Source: Armatimonadota bacterium (GTDB lineage: Bacteria; Armatimonadota; SYMT01). Taken from it: DNA of 64,000 nucleotides. Position 1 is the first letter of the stretch. Every line of letters begins with the position of its first letter. Below are positions 41,035 to 50,969 of this stretch, piece by piece. The notes under the pieces are model-generated. The model ran no database searches. It was not told the DNA's origin and worked only from the letters and a program-made list of their open reading frames with translations. The DNA lies in contig JBKBRF010000004.1 of the NCBI GenBank assembly GCA_046292385.1, positions 96,001-160,000 of the forward strand, in the 5' to 3' direction. The translations under genes and the position numbers were made by a program.

Positions 41035-41553
41035 CTACCGGTGCAGCTCCCAGACCAGGTGCTCCAGCTCCGGGATGATCAGGCGGTCCATCGCCAGCTT
41101 CACCGCGTTGGAGCTTCCCGGCATGCTGAAGAAGACGCGCCTGCGGTAGACGCCGGCGGTGGCGCGGCTGAGCATGGCGGCGGCGCCGATCTCCTGGTAC
41201 GAGAGCATCCGGAACAGCTCCCCGAAACCGGACAGCTCCTTCTCCAGGCGCTTGGCCAGGGCGTCGTAGGTGGTGTCGCGGGTAGCGATGCCGGTGCCGC
41301 CGTTCAGCAGCACCGCCTGCGCCTCGCCCGCGTCCAGCTCGTGGTCGATCAGCGCCAGGATCCGCTCCGGCTCGTCTTTCACGATCTGGTAGAAGACGAC
41401 GCGGTGCCCCGCGGCCTCCAGGCGCTCGCGGATCAGTTGGCCGCTGGTGTCGGTCTCCGGCGTGCGGGTGTCGCTGACGGTGAGCACGGCGCAAGCCACC
41501 GGGCCTCGCTCCGCGGCGGCGGCCCGGTGCTGTTGGGTCGATTCACTCGGCAT
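41035..41553 (-). CDS. moaB: MogA/MoaB molybdenum cofactor biosynthesis protein
   Basis: [41 protein letters not shown]. Confidence 0.9.
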   Translation of the reverse strand: MPSESTQQHRAAAAERGPVACAVLTVSDTRTPETDTSGQLIRERLEAAGHRVVFYQIVKDEPERILALIDHELDAGEAQAVLLNGGTGIATRDTTYDALAKRLEKELSGFGELFRMLSYQEIGAAAMLSRATAGVYRRRVFFSMPGSSNAVKLAMDRLIIPELEHLVWELHR

Positions 41554-41614
41554 GGAGCTCCGCGGCGGCAGCTGGGCGTCTGCCTGCCGCTTCCTTTCTC
41601 GTGAACATGATGCT

Positions 41615-42658
41615 CTACAAGCCTACCCGCCGGCCGGTCGCGGCGCTTTCGTACGCGCCGAGGCACATGTGCGTGGAGACCCGCCCGCCGCGTGCGTCGC
41701 AGTCCGGCGCCGCTTCCGCCTTGAGCTGGTCGATCCACGGCCTCGGCACGGCGGCGATCCGCTCGCCGTGCGTCTTCGGAATCGGCATGCGGATCTCTTC
41801 CCACCGCTGCGGCTCGCCCCGCCGGTAGAGCTTCAGCGGGACCGCTCCCTCGGGTGCGAACGGGGTGGAGACCCCGTCTCCGTAGTAATGCTGCACCGTC
41901 CCGCGGTCGCCGTAAACCTCCGTGGTGATCTCCGCGCCGAGGGTGACCGAGCAGTTGTAGAGCAGCCCGAGCGCGCCCTGACGGAACCGGTAGATCGCCA
42001 TCCCGGTATCGTCCGGCGCGCAGTCGGTCAGGACGTTCCCGATCTCCGCCATTACGCTGACCGGCTCTCCCAGGAACCAGTAGAGGAGGTCCGCGGCGTG
42101 GACCGCGTCGTCCATGAACATGCCCTTGTTGGCGACCGGATCGATGTGCCAGCGGCTCGGGCCGGAGAGGAACGCCTCGTTGAAGAGGAGGTTGAGGCAG
42201 TGCCGGCGGCGCAGGGTGCCGATCTTCCCCAGCGTGCCGTCGTCGATCATCTGCTTCATCCGCTGGTTCACCGGATCGCAGCGCATCTGGAACGCCATGC
42301 GCAGCGTCACTCCGGCGCGGTCGACCGCCGCGATGATCCGGTCGCACTCCTCCAGGGTGAGCGCCATCGGCTTCTGCAGCAGGATCTGCTTGCCCGCCTC
42401 CGCCGCGGCGACGCAGTGGTCGCCATGCTTGTTCGTCTCGCTGGTGACGATCACGGCGTCGAGGTCCCGCCGGCCGAGCAGGTCCTCCAGGTGCGGGGTG
42501 AACTCCATCCCGAACTTCTCGGCGCCCGCCCGGCCGCGGTCCAGGTCATCGTCCCAGGCGGCGACCAGGCGCACGTCGTCCCAGTCCTTCATCTGGTTGC
42601 AGTAGGCGTTGATGTGCCCGTGTGCGAAGCTGATCACGCCGACGTTGATGCGACTCAT
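41615..42658 (-). CDS. Gfo/Idh/MocA family oxidoreductase
   Basis: [45 protein letters not shown]. Start overlaps the upstream stop (ATGA). Confidence 0.9.
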   Translation of the reverse strand: MSRINVGVISFAHGHINAYCNQMKDWDDVRLVAAWDDDLDRGRAGAEKFGMEFTPHLEDLLGRRDLDAVIVTSETNKHGDHCVAAAEAGKQILLQKPMALTLEECDRIIAAVDRAGVTLRMAFQMRCDPVNQRMKQMIDDGTLGKIGTLRRRHCLNLLFNEAFLSGPSRWHIDPVANKGMFMDDAVHAADLLYWFLGEPVSVMAEIGNVLTDCAPDDTGMAIYRFRQGALGLLYNCSVTLGAEITTEVYGDRGTVQHYYGDGVSTPFAPEGAVPLKLYRRGEPQRWEEIRMPIPKTHGERIAAVPRPWIDQLKAEAAPDCDARGGRVSTHMCLGAYESAATGRRVGL

Positions 42659-44082
42659 CGCTCTCCTTCCATCTTCCGCAGCAATCCAGCCGCGGCGGTC
42701 GCCCACGACTCTCCGGTCCCCGGGACGTACCGGGCGCTACGGTAGCCCGCCTCATACCCGCCCTCGGCGTAGCCCTGGCGGTGGGGGATGTAGCCCATCG
42801 CCCCGTTGGTGAGGCCGATCGTGCGGGTCACGGCGAGGGGGGAGTCGGCCTCCACCTGCCGCGCCAGCTCTACGAAGACCTCTCCCGGCAGCGCCGCCAG
42901 GCCGAACTGGCCCAGGCGAAGCGCCGTCACGCGCGCGGTGTGCTCACGGTCGCGTGTCTCCGCCAGCACCACCGCCGCCGGCGCGAAGAGGCCGTTGAAC
43001 TCGAAGGCGTCCTTTCCGGTGCGAAGGCGCTCCCGGGCCTCCGTCAGCTCTTCCGGGGTGGGGCGGCGGAGACGCGACTTCACCCCGGTGCTCCGCGCCT
43101 GGAGCGGGCCGCTCAGCGCCTCGCCTCCCTTCGCCAGCGCCGCCAGGGCGGACGCCGCAAGCTGCCGGCCGATCCGGCGCGACTCCTCCGGGCCGGACTT
43201 CTGCGCGGCATTCTTCACGTCGATGTGGTTGATGTTGCCGCAGCAGGTGTTGAGGAACACGACACGCCAGTCCGCTCCCAGTCGCTCGCGCAGCGCCTCG
43301 GAGAGGTGCGCGGGGTAGTCGGCGGAGTACTGCGTGCCGCTCACGCAGTCCGGATGCAGGCCATACAGGACGGTGACGACCTTCCGGTCCGGGAAGCGGA
43401 GCAGGTGTACGCGCGGATCGATGGTGCCGGCCGGCTCCACCACCTCCGGGTTGCTGCGGCCGGGGTTGGTGCGCACGGAGCCGTCCCGCATCCGGAAGCG
43501 TCGATAGAACGCGACCGTCTCCTCGCGCCCCTCGTGCAGGGTCGGCGCGCTCTCCGGCGCAGCCTCCGCTGCCGCGCGCCCGACCGCCTCCGCCGTCTTG
43601 CGGACGAGGGTGTCGACCCACGTGGTATCCACCTGGCCCGGGTAGAACTCCGGGTAGATCTTCTCCGTGTCGGAGGTGAAGGTTCCCTCGCGTGGGATCA
43701 TCCCACCGGTGTGCGTGTGGGTGGCGTGGACCCAGACGTGGCGCGGCGCGGGCCGGACCGAGTCGGCCATCGCTTTCCGGATCCGCTGCGCCAGCGGCTC
43801 GCCGACCGCAATCAGGTCGCAGGCCACGATCGCCACGCTTTCTCCGCCTTTCCGAAGGTAGAGCACCTTGCTCTTGAGCGGGTCGAGCGTGCCGGTCGCG
43901 CGACGGTCGCCGAAGTAGCCCGGCATGGAGCCGCCGAGCGGCGGAGTGACGTCGGCCTCCGCATAGCCGACGTGGAGCACTGCGGGAGCGGCGGCGGGAG
44001 CGGTGCGCTGCCACGCGAGGGCGGCAGTCACGAGCCCCGATGCGACGGCGGCACGGGCGATCAGGGGAAGCGGTTGGGCCAT
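42655..44082 (-). CDS. Neutral/alkaline ceramidase-like hydrolase
   Basis: VGYAEADVTPP, GY..R...G.LDPL, ATHTHTG, HPD, SADYP, GNIN, LPGEVFVE, GYIP...Y.EGGYE. Confidence 0.8.
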   Translation of the reverse strand: MAQPLPLIARAAVASGLVTAALAWQRTAPAAAPAVLHVGYAEADVTPPLGGSMPGYFGDRRATGTLDPLKSKVLYLRKGGESVAIVACDLIAVGEPLAQRIRKAMADSVRPAPRHVWVHATHTHTGGMIPREGTFTSDTEKIYPEFYPGQVDTTWVDTLVRKTAEAVGRAAAEAAPESAPTLHEGREETVAFYRRFRMRDGSVRTNPGRSNPEVVEPAGTIDPRVHLLRFPDRKVVTVLYGLHPDCVSGTQYSADYPAHLSEALRERLGADWRVVFLNTCCGNINHIDVKNAAQKSGPEESRRIGRQLAASALAALAKGGEALSGPLQARSTGVKSRLRRPTPEELTEARERLRTGKDAFEFNGLFAPAAVVLAETRDREHTARVTALRLGQFGLAALPGEVFVELARQVEADSPLAVTRTIGLTNGAMGYIPHRQGYAEGGYEAGYRSARYVPGTGESWATAAAGLLRKMEGER

Positions 44083-44184
44083 GGAGAGCCTCCGAGGGCC
44101 AGGCGCGAGCGACGGTGCTTCGCGCGTCGGTCCGTCTCTCCTTAGCACGAGGGCGCGCCTGTATTCCTTCTCGTCTAAGCGGCA

Positions 44185-44216
44185 GCGCCCCTTTCTGCCG
44201 GGGCAGGAAGGGGCGC
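44185..44216. terminator. Hairpin downstream of the arylsulfatase
   Basis: GCGCCCCTTTCTGCC-GG-GGCAGGAAGGGGCGC. Confidence 0.5.
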
Positions 44217-44244
44217 AGAGCGCAATCGGGGCACCATGCCGGCG

Positions 44245-45678
44245 TCAGATCGGCGGAACGCCGGAGGGGGAGCCGCCCGGGATAATTGGCGTCAGCTTCG
44301 GGGCGTTCTTCGGGACAGGCGGCATCAGGTCTTGCTTCGCGGCCGGCGACTCTGTTTGGAGCCACTGCAGCACCGCGCGCTGAAGCTGTTTCTTCGTCTC
44401 CGGCTCGAGCTCTCGCAGGTCGATTCGCTCACCCGGGTCTTTCACCACGTTGTAGAGCGAGGCGGGCGCGCCTCGGGCGGGGAAGATCAGCTTCATGTCG
44501 CCGCGCATCGCCGCCAGCTGGTAGCTGCCTTCCGCCCGCCACTCCCAGTACAGCGTGCGCTCCGGCGCCTTCGCCCTGCCGGTCCACACCGGCAGCACGT
44601 TGAGGCCGTCCAGCGCCCACTCCGGCTGCGGCGCAACGCCGGCGGCCGCCAGTAAGCTCGGCATCACATCCACCATGTGGAGCGGCTCCTCGACCACGCT
44701 CCTGGCCGGCACCTGCCCGGGCCACCGCAGCGCCGCGGGGACGCGGATGCCGCCCTCCAGCAGCGTGCGCTTCTGGCCGCGGAAGGGCCGGTTGCTGTCG
44801 TGGAACGCCGGGGCACCCTTGGCGCCCTGCTCGAAGGTAGCGCCGTGGTCGCTCGTGAAGAGCACCAGCGTGTTCTCCGCCAGTCCCAGCTCCTCCAGGT
44901 GGTCGAGCACGCGGCCGACCTCTTTGTCGAGGCGGGTGATCATCGCTGCGTAGGTGGCGTTGACCGGCTCGGAAGGATTCGCTTCCGGGAACTTGCCGCG
45001 GTGCTCCGCCACGTCCTCGGCGGGCGCCTCGATTCCGAAATGGGGGGCGGTGTAGGAGAGCGTCAGGAAGAACGGCTCCGTCTGGTGCTGATCCAGGAAT
45101 TCCAGCGCCCGGTTAGTAAAGAGCGTGTCCGCGTAGCCGGAGACCGGCACCTGCTGGCGTCCGTCCCAGAGCCGGGATGGGAAATGGTGGTGCGCCTCGT
45201 TGGCGTTGGTGAAGCCGAAGAAGCTCTCGAACCCCTGGTCCATCGGGTGGGTGTAGCTCGACTTCCCGGGCCGGGTGCGACCGTGGTGCCACTTGCCGTA
45301 CAGCCCGGTGGCGTACCCACGGGTCTGGAGCGCCTCGGCGAGCGTCACCTCCTCCTCCGGCAGGTCGCCGCCGTTGCCGATCACCCCATTGTGGATGCCG
45401 TAGCGGCCGGTCAGCAGCGCGGCGCGGCTGGGGCCGCAGACGGCCGAGGCGCTGTACCAGCGGGTGAAGCGCGCCCCCTGCGACGCGAGCCGGTCCAGCC
45501 GCGGAGTCTTCCACTCCGTCCGGCCGTTGAAGCCGACGTCACCCCAGCCGAGATCATCCGCCAGGATGAAGACGAGATTCGGGCGGCGAGGCGTGGAGCC
45601 GGGACGCTGCGACGCAGCCGCCCAGGTGACGAGGCTGGCGAGGACCGCCAGGGTGACGAGCAGCGATCTGCACTTCAT
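44245..45678 (-). CDS. Cys-type (formylglycine-dependent) arylsulfatase-family protein
   Basis: Signal peptide, PNLVFILADDLG, CGPSRAALLTGRY, GKWH, SDHG, EGGIRVP. Confidence 0.93.
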   Translation of the reverse strand: MKCRSLLVTLAVLASLVTWAAASQRPGSTPRRPNLVFILADDLGWGDVGFNGRTEWKTPRLDRLASQGARFTRWYSASAVCGPSRAALLTGRYGIHNGVIGNGGDLPEEEVTLAEALQTRGYATGLYGKWHHGRTRPGKSSYTHPMDQGFESFFGFTNANEAHHHFPSRLWDGRQQVPVSGYADTLFTNRALEFLDQHQTEPFFLTLSYTAPHFGIEAPAEDVAEHRGKFPEANPSEPVNATYAAMITRLDKEVGRVLDHLEELGLAENTLVLFTSDHGATFEQGAKGAPAFHDSNRPFRGQKRTLLEGGIRVPAALRWPGQVPARSVVEEPLHMVDVMPSLLAAAGVAPQPEWALDGLNVLPVWTGRAKAPERTLYWEWRAEGSYQLAAMRGDMKLIFPARGAPASLYNVVKDPGERIDLRELEPETKKQLQRAVLQWLQTESPAAKQDLMPPVPKNAPKLTPIIPGGSPSGVPPI

Positions 45679-46022
45679 CTTTGGATTTATTCAGCATTGA
45701 TTAAGATTTGGTTCCGAGACACGGCAATATTCGGAGTGACCACAGTCACTTACCTCCCTGAAAAGCGCCTGTACGGTCGAATCTAGATAATCTTTAGACG
45801 GAGCACACATGGGTGGGACGTCAAGATGGGCCGGCGACCACGAAATCGCCGGTTGGGGACGCAGAGGGGAGGCGTGACGCGGCATGGCTGAGATCTCAAC
45901 TCACTGCCATCGTGGGGCCCGTCACCAGGCGCTTCGGCTGCAGCGCGCGGCCGGGGAGTTGCTAATGCCGCTCCGGGCACCCGGGCAGGATGAAGCCACG
46001 GTGAGCGCTGCGTCTCACGCGG

Positions 46023-46059
46023 CCTCACCCCCGGCCTCTCTCCTGCGAGGAGGGGGGAG
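46023..46059. repeat. CCTCACCCC...GGGGGAG-type palindromic intergenic element
   Basis: CCTCACCCCCGGCCTCTCTCCTGCGAGGAGGGGGGAG imperfect hairpin. Confidence 0.35.
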
Positions 46060-46160
46060 CCATGGGTGGCAGGCAGGCTGCCTCCCCCTTCCACTCGCCC
46101 TGCGCCTTCGAGAGCCGTTCAAAGTAGGCTCACTTCCTCGTCCGGTATGATCAGGCCGGA

Positions 46161-48254
46161 TCAGCGGGCCTGGAGCGCGACGAGGCGATCGGTGAAGGCG
46201 AGGAGGGCCGTACGGCCGACGAGGGTGACGGTCGGGGTGCCGCTGGCGCCCTTCGTCGCTTCCTCGATGTCGATTTCTTCCAGGACGCGACCGTCCGCGG
46301 CGGAGAGCACGATCAGCTTCTCGCCGGTGGGAACGTAGATCCGGTCGCCCGCGAGCGCAGGATAGCCGAGGCGGGAGCGCGTGGTGTCCGGCTCCCAGAC
46401 CCACTCGCGGGCGCCGTCGGAGACGTTGATCGCCTGGACGTGGTCGCCCCCGATGTAGGCGTGCTTCTTATCGACCGCGAAGAGCGAGCCGGGGGCGTCC
46501 GGCAGGGGGCCCTTCGGCGAAACCCACAGGAGCTTGAGCGTGGCCGGATCGATCCCGACGGCGTCCTGGCCCCAGCGCGGCGAGAAGACGATCGGCCCGG
46601 GCCCGGAGGCGAGGAGGCTGATCGGCTCATTCGGCACCTGGGGAGCGCCGCCCAGCCCGCCGCCTCGATAGCTGGCGGCACCGCGGCGCGTCGGCGTGTA
46701 GCGGTAGATCAGCCGGATGTCGCCGGTGATCAGGTCGAGCGCGTTCAGCGTGTAGAGCGAGCTCTCGATCCAGACGATGCCGTCCCGCACGGCGGCGGGG
46801 GAGCCGTCGGCGGTGGTGAGCAGGTCGCTACCGGCGCCGAGGTAGGTGCTCCAGAGCGGCTCGCCCGTGCCGGGGTCGAGCGCCACCGCCGAGTACTCGG
46901 TGATGCCGCCTTTGTAGGCGGTGTAGCCGGTCAGCACGGCGTCGGCGGTGAGGCTCGGCAGGTTGAAGAAATAGCCGCGCGGATCGCCGCCGGCCACCCG
47001 CTGCCAGAGTGGGGTGCCGTCGCGGGCGTCGAGCATCGTCACGGCGTAGTCGATCGGGGTCCGCCCGCGGGAGCTTCCGCCGACGGAGAGGGAGCTGAGC
47101 GTCACCAGCCGGTCGGCGATGATGCTCGGCGCCGTCTGGAGCGATCGCCGGGTGCCGCGAGTGCTGACGCCGCGCGCGTCGGTGGCGAAGTTGATGATCT
47201 CATCCGCGCGCAGGCTGTCGCCCTCGCGGGACCAGGCCGGCTTTCCGTCGGCCAGTGAGAGCGCCGTCACCCCGGCCGGTCCCTGCACCCAGACGCGGTC
47301 TCCCGCGACCGCCGGCCAGACCATTCCGCCGAAGGACGAGCCGCCGCCGACGACGACCGAGCGAGTGCCGGTGTAGTTGACGTCGGTGTCGTCCGGGAAG
47401 ATGAAGCCCCATTGACGCTGCAGCGCGCCCGCGACGGACCCGCTCATGACGCGGCTCCCGTCGTCGCCGGCAAAATCGGTCCACCGCGGACCTTCCCCTG
47501 GCGGCGGCGCGGCCTGCAGGGTCTTGCTGAGCGCGTCCGCCGCGGCGGCGCCGGTCTGCTTCGCCCCGGCCACCGTCACCGGCGCGGCGCCGTGCTCTTT
47601 CCGGATCCGATCGAGAACCTGCCGCGCCTCGGCCGGCTTGCCGGCCAGGTGCGCGGAGAGGGCGTAGCGGAGCAGGGTCGGCACCGGGGTGGCGGGCGAT
47701 CGCGCGAGGCGCGTGTAGGCCACGCGGGCCAGCTCCGGACGGCCGCCGTCCAGGGCGCGGTTGGCGATCCAGAGCAGCGCGCGGTCGCCGTAAGAGCTGA
47801 AGCGGTACTGGGAGTAGACCTCCCGCATCTGCTCCTCGCTCTGCTCCGCGACCGCCTGGTCGTAGAGCCGGCGCGCGTCCGCGTCGTACTTCGCCCGGTA
47901 CTTGTCCCGCACCACGGCCGGCAGCCCGGCCATCTGCTGGTGGCAGAAGTGGCGCACGCCGACCAGGAACTCCGAGTCCTGCTCCATCACCGGGTCGCTC
48001 GGGTCGCTCACCAGCGCCTGGTAGGTCTGGATCCACTCGTCCCAGAGCTTCTGCCCCGCCAGGCGGCCGAGGCGGTCGACCTGCTGCTTGAGACGGGGGT
48101 TGGTGGAGAAGGTCGGCACGAATTCGGTGCCGCCGCGCTGGGCGGAAGCCGGGAGCGTCACGATGAGGGCGGCGAGCGCGGCGCCGGCCAGGAGCAGGCC
48201 CGGCACCCCCGGGCGCATTGCGTGCTTGTGCCTGGCGGGACCTCGTCTCATCAC
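46161..48254 (-). CDS. TPR-like + PQQ-type beta-propeller secreted protein
   Basis: Signal peptide (start possibly 48218), helical N-half, repeats ALSLADGKPAW, LDARDGTPLW, ALDPGTGEPLW, AINVSDGAREW. Confidence 0.8.
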   Translation of the reverse strand: MMRRGPARHKHAMRPGVPGLLLAGAALAALIVTLPASAQRGGTEFVPTFSTNPRLKQQVDRLGRLAGQKLWDEWIQTYQALVSDPSDPVMEQDSEFLVGVRHFCHQQMAGLPAVVRDKYRAKYDADARRLYDQAVAEQSEEQMREVYSQYRFSSYGDRALLWIANRALDGGRPELARVAYTRLARSPATPVPTLLRYALSAHLAGKPAEARQVLDRIRKEHGAAPVTVAGAKQTGAAAADALSKTLQAAPPPGEGPRWTDFAGDDGSRVMSGSVAGALQRQWGFIFPDDTDVNYTGTRSVVVGGGSSFGGMVWPAVAGDRVWVQGPAGVTALSLADGKPAWSREGDSLRADEIINFATDARGVSTRGTRRSLQTAPSIIADRLVTLSSLSVGGSSRGRTPIDYAVTMLDARDGTPLWQRVAGGDPRGYFFNLPSLTADAVLTGYTAYKGGITEYSAVALDPGTGEPLWSTYLGAGSDLLTTADGSPAAVRDGIVWIESSLYTLNALDLITGDIRLIYRYTPTRRGAASYRGGGLGGAPQVPNEPISLLASGPGPIVFSPRWGQDAVGIDPATLKLLWVSPKGPLPDAPGSLFAVDKKHAYIGGDHVQAINVSDGAREWVWEPDTTRSRLGYPALAGDRIYVPTGEKLIVLSAADGRVLEEIDIEEATKGASGTPTVTLVGRTALLAFTDRLVALQAR

Positions 48255-48421
48255 GGCTCTCCGTATCCTTTCCAGCGGTTCGCTCCGCGCCGCCCGAGTT
48301 CCGGGCGTCGTTCAGGTCGCCATTACCGGCGAGTCAGTGGGAAGCCAGGCGGGGAAGAGTAGTACCGGCCTGATTCTCCCCACTCGCTCCCGGTTCGGAA
48401 CTGCCAATTCTTACACCGGCC

Positions 48422-50806
48422 TTATAGAAGACCCTTCCGCTTGCGCAGGATCCATTCGCCGACCAGCAGCGTCACGAACAGGATCAGCGGCAGCGGCGCG
48501 TCCCACAGCTCATGCTCCACCCGGCTCCGCACCTCCTGGCTGCGGTCCGGCAGTAGCTCCGGCAAGCTCTTCGCCTCGCTCCAGAGGAGGTACTTGCCGC
48601 CGGAGACGGAGGCGAGCCGCTTCAGCAGCTCCACGTTCTGCTGCGGCTCCTCCAGCTCGAGGCTCGCCGACTCCACCACCACGTTCGTGAGCGACTCGGC
48701 CTTCCGGACTCCCGGCGCCTTCAGCGACGCCTTGTACGAGCCCGGACGCGAGGCGATCCACTCGCCGGAATAGACGCCCGCCGCGCCGGGGACCGGCTCC
48801 AGCTTCACGGGGAAGCGCTGGCCATCTTCGCGGGTGAGGTCGGCGTCGACCGAGTTCACCCGCACCGGGTGGAAGTTCGGCGTCAGCAGCCGCGCGCGGA
48901 GCACCACCCGCTCTCCCAGCGTGTAGGTGGTGCGGTCCGCGGTGAGCCGGACGTACCGGTTGTCCCCCGGCAGCTCGTGCGGCGTGAGCGAGCGGATCAC
49001 CTGCCCCCAGAACCGGTAGAAGTACTTGTCCCCGGTCCGGTGGCGCCACTGCCAGGTGCTGTCGACCATCGTCATGAACGAGGTGCCTTCGCCCACCTGC
49101 TGGAGCGCCATCAGCGGGATCTTGCCGTCGGTCCCGGTGATGCCGGGATGCCGTGCCAGCACCGTGGCGCCCGGCTTGGCCCGGTCGGTGATCCCGCACC
49201 AGTACATTCCCGGCAGGTCGTTCCAGACCGTGCGGTTCTGCTCCCGGTCCGGCACCAGCAGCATCATCGGGTGTCCGGCGCCCGCGTCGCTCAGCTCGAG
49301 CTGGAACGGCTCGCGGAAGATCTGCTCCCGATGCGCGAGCGGCACAACGATCGGCCACACCGCTTCCAGGTCGGTCTGGCGGTACTGCCACGGCAGGAAG
49401 TTCTCGCCCGCCATCGTGATCAGGCTGCCGCCGCGCTCTTCCACGAACGCGCGCACGTTCTTCAGGTCCGCCGCCGTGAAATAGTCGCGCGGCACGTCGC
49501 CGAGCACCAGGATATCGAACTCGAAGAGCGCCTTCTTCGTCCGCGGGAATCCGAAGATCGGGACGTTCCCCTCGCCACCGCGGGACGGGTCCGGATCGTC
49601 GGCTAGCATGCAGGAGAACTGGGTGGTGGTGTCCCGCATGATCGCGTTCTTGAGGAAGCGATACTCCCAACGGGGATAGCCCTCCACGTAGAGGATCTTC
49701 AGCTTCTTGTCGACGATTCGGATCGGCCACGACTTCCGGTTATTGGAGAGCGTCACCTCGCCCGTCTGTCCCGGCACCGAGACGCTAAGCGTGCGAGCGC
49801 CGACCATATCCGGGGTGAACGAGAGGGTCAGCTCCTGCTTGCCGCCCGCGCCCCGGAGCGGCACGTTGATCCGCTGCAGCACCCGGTTTCCGATTGCGAG
49901 GGTGAGTGGGACCGTCCGGCCGGCGAAGCCGCGCTGGCGGAGGCTGACGGAGACCACCACCTCGTCGCCCTTCCGCACCACCTCGTCCGCCAGCAGGCTG
50001 GTGACGGCGACGTCGCGCGGCGGGGTGGGGTCGCCGAAGCCGACCGTGTAGATCGGGGCGCGCAGCTCCGCGGAGCGCCGTGCGGCGAGGGCAGGGTCCT
50101 CGCCCATGTTCTGCCCGCCGTCGCTGAGCAGCACCACTCCCGCCAGCGGCTGGCCGGCGGTGTCCTGCAGCACGAAGTCGATCGCGTCCCCAATGCGGGT
50201 TTGCTCGTCCTCCGGCTTACCCACCGCCAGCGGGATCCGCTCTCCGGCCGCCCCGGGCTCCTTCGGGTCGCCCTTGGCGTCCTTCAGCTCGGTGCCGGTC
50301 GCCTCCGTGCCGAAGCGGTAGAGCCGGACGGAGTGCTTCGCGACCAGCTCCTTCAGCAGCGTGGCGTCCCCCTGGTTCAGGAGCCGCCCCAGCGTCTCCA
50401 TCCGGGTCGCCTCCGCCATCTTCGGATCGCCGAGCGCCTGGATCAGGTCGGCCTTGCGCTTTGCGTCCTGCCACCGGTCCTTCAGCCCCATGCTGCTCGA
50501 CTCGTCGACCAGCACGGCGACCACCGACCGGTTCACCTGCGTCCGGTGACTCCGCAGCATCGGCTGCCAGATCAGCAGCGCCAGGATCACCATGGCGGCG
50601 ATCCGCATCACCGAGAGCGGCCCCTTCCAGAGCCACGACGGCCGCCGCCCGTCTCGCGCGTAAAAGACGACCACCCACGCGAGCAGCCCCAGCCCCGCCG
50701 CCACGGCGACCCAGACCGGCCAGGGCTGGACGAAGAACAGGCGGTCCCACCGCAGCATGTCCTGCCCGGGCTCAATCCCCAGTAATCGGTAGATCCAGTC
50801 GCTCAT
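48422..50806 (-). CDS. Membrane-anchored VWA + Ig + glutamine-amidotransferase-like protein
   Basis: Two N-terminal TMs, MIDAS DESSSM, LLSDGGQN, KILYVEGYPRWEYRFL, TWQWR, C-terminal TM EWILRKRKGL. Confidence 0.85.
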   Translation of the reverse strand: MSDWIYRLLGIEPGQDMLRWDRLFFVQPWPVWVAVAAGLGLLAWVVVFYARDGRRPSWLWKGPLSVMRIAAMVILALLIWQPMLRSHRTQVNRSVVAVLVDESSSMGLKDRWQDAKRKADLIQALGDPKMAEATRMETLGRLLNQGDATLLKELVAKHSVRLYRFGTEATGTELKDAKGDPKEPGAAGERIPLAVGKPEDEQTRIGDAIDFVLQDTAGQPLAGVVLLSDGGQNMGEDPALAARRSAELRAPIYTVGFGDPTPPRDVAVTSLLADEVVRKGDEVVVSVSLRQRGFAGRTVPLTLAIGNRVLQRINVPLRGAGGKQELTLSFTPDMVGARTLSVSVPGQTGEVTLSNNRKSWPIRIVDKKLKILYVEGYPRWEYRFLKNAIMRDTTTQFSCMLADDPDPSRGGEGNVPIFGFPRTKKALFEFDILVLGDVPRDYFTAADLKNVRAFVEERGGSLITMAGENFLPWQYRQTDLEAVWPIVVPLAHREQIFREPFQLELSDAGAGHPMMLLVPDREQNRTVWNDLPGMYWCGITDRAKPGATVLARHPGITGTDGKIPLMALQQVGEGTSFMTMVDSTWQWRHRTGDKYFYRFWGQVIRSLTPHELPGDNRYVRLTADRTTYTLGERVVLRARLLTPNFHPVRVNSVDADLTREDGQRFPVKLEPVPGAAGVYSGEWIASRPGSYKASLKAPGVRKAESLTNVVVESASLELEEPQQNVELLKRLASVSGGKYLLWSEAKSLPELLPDRSQEVRSRVEHELWDAPLPLILFVTLLVGEWILRKRKGLL

Positions 50807-50819
50807 TTAAAAGGCAAAA

Positions 50820-50880
50820 GGCTAAAGGTTCACCCCCGAATGGGGGGCTAAAGGTTCACCCCCCGAACGGGGGCTAAAGG
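50820..50880. repeat. 26-bp tandem repeat (2.3 copies) with internal hairpin
   Basis: GGCTAAAGG at 50820, 50846 and 50872. Each unit contains CCCCC-GAA(T/C)-GGGGG. Confidence 0.75.
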
Positions 50881-50969
50881 GCTGCACGGGAGCGCGTTCC
50901 TACTGTCGTATGGCGCACCTCGACCGCGCCAGCCCTACACGCTACACCCTAAACGCTACCCCCTAGCCA

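Noticed and set aside
50820..50880. Possible mini CRISPR array
   Set aside because: Units are directly adjacent with no unique spacers, there are only about 2.3 copies, and no cas genes are present.
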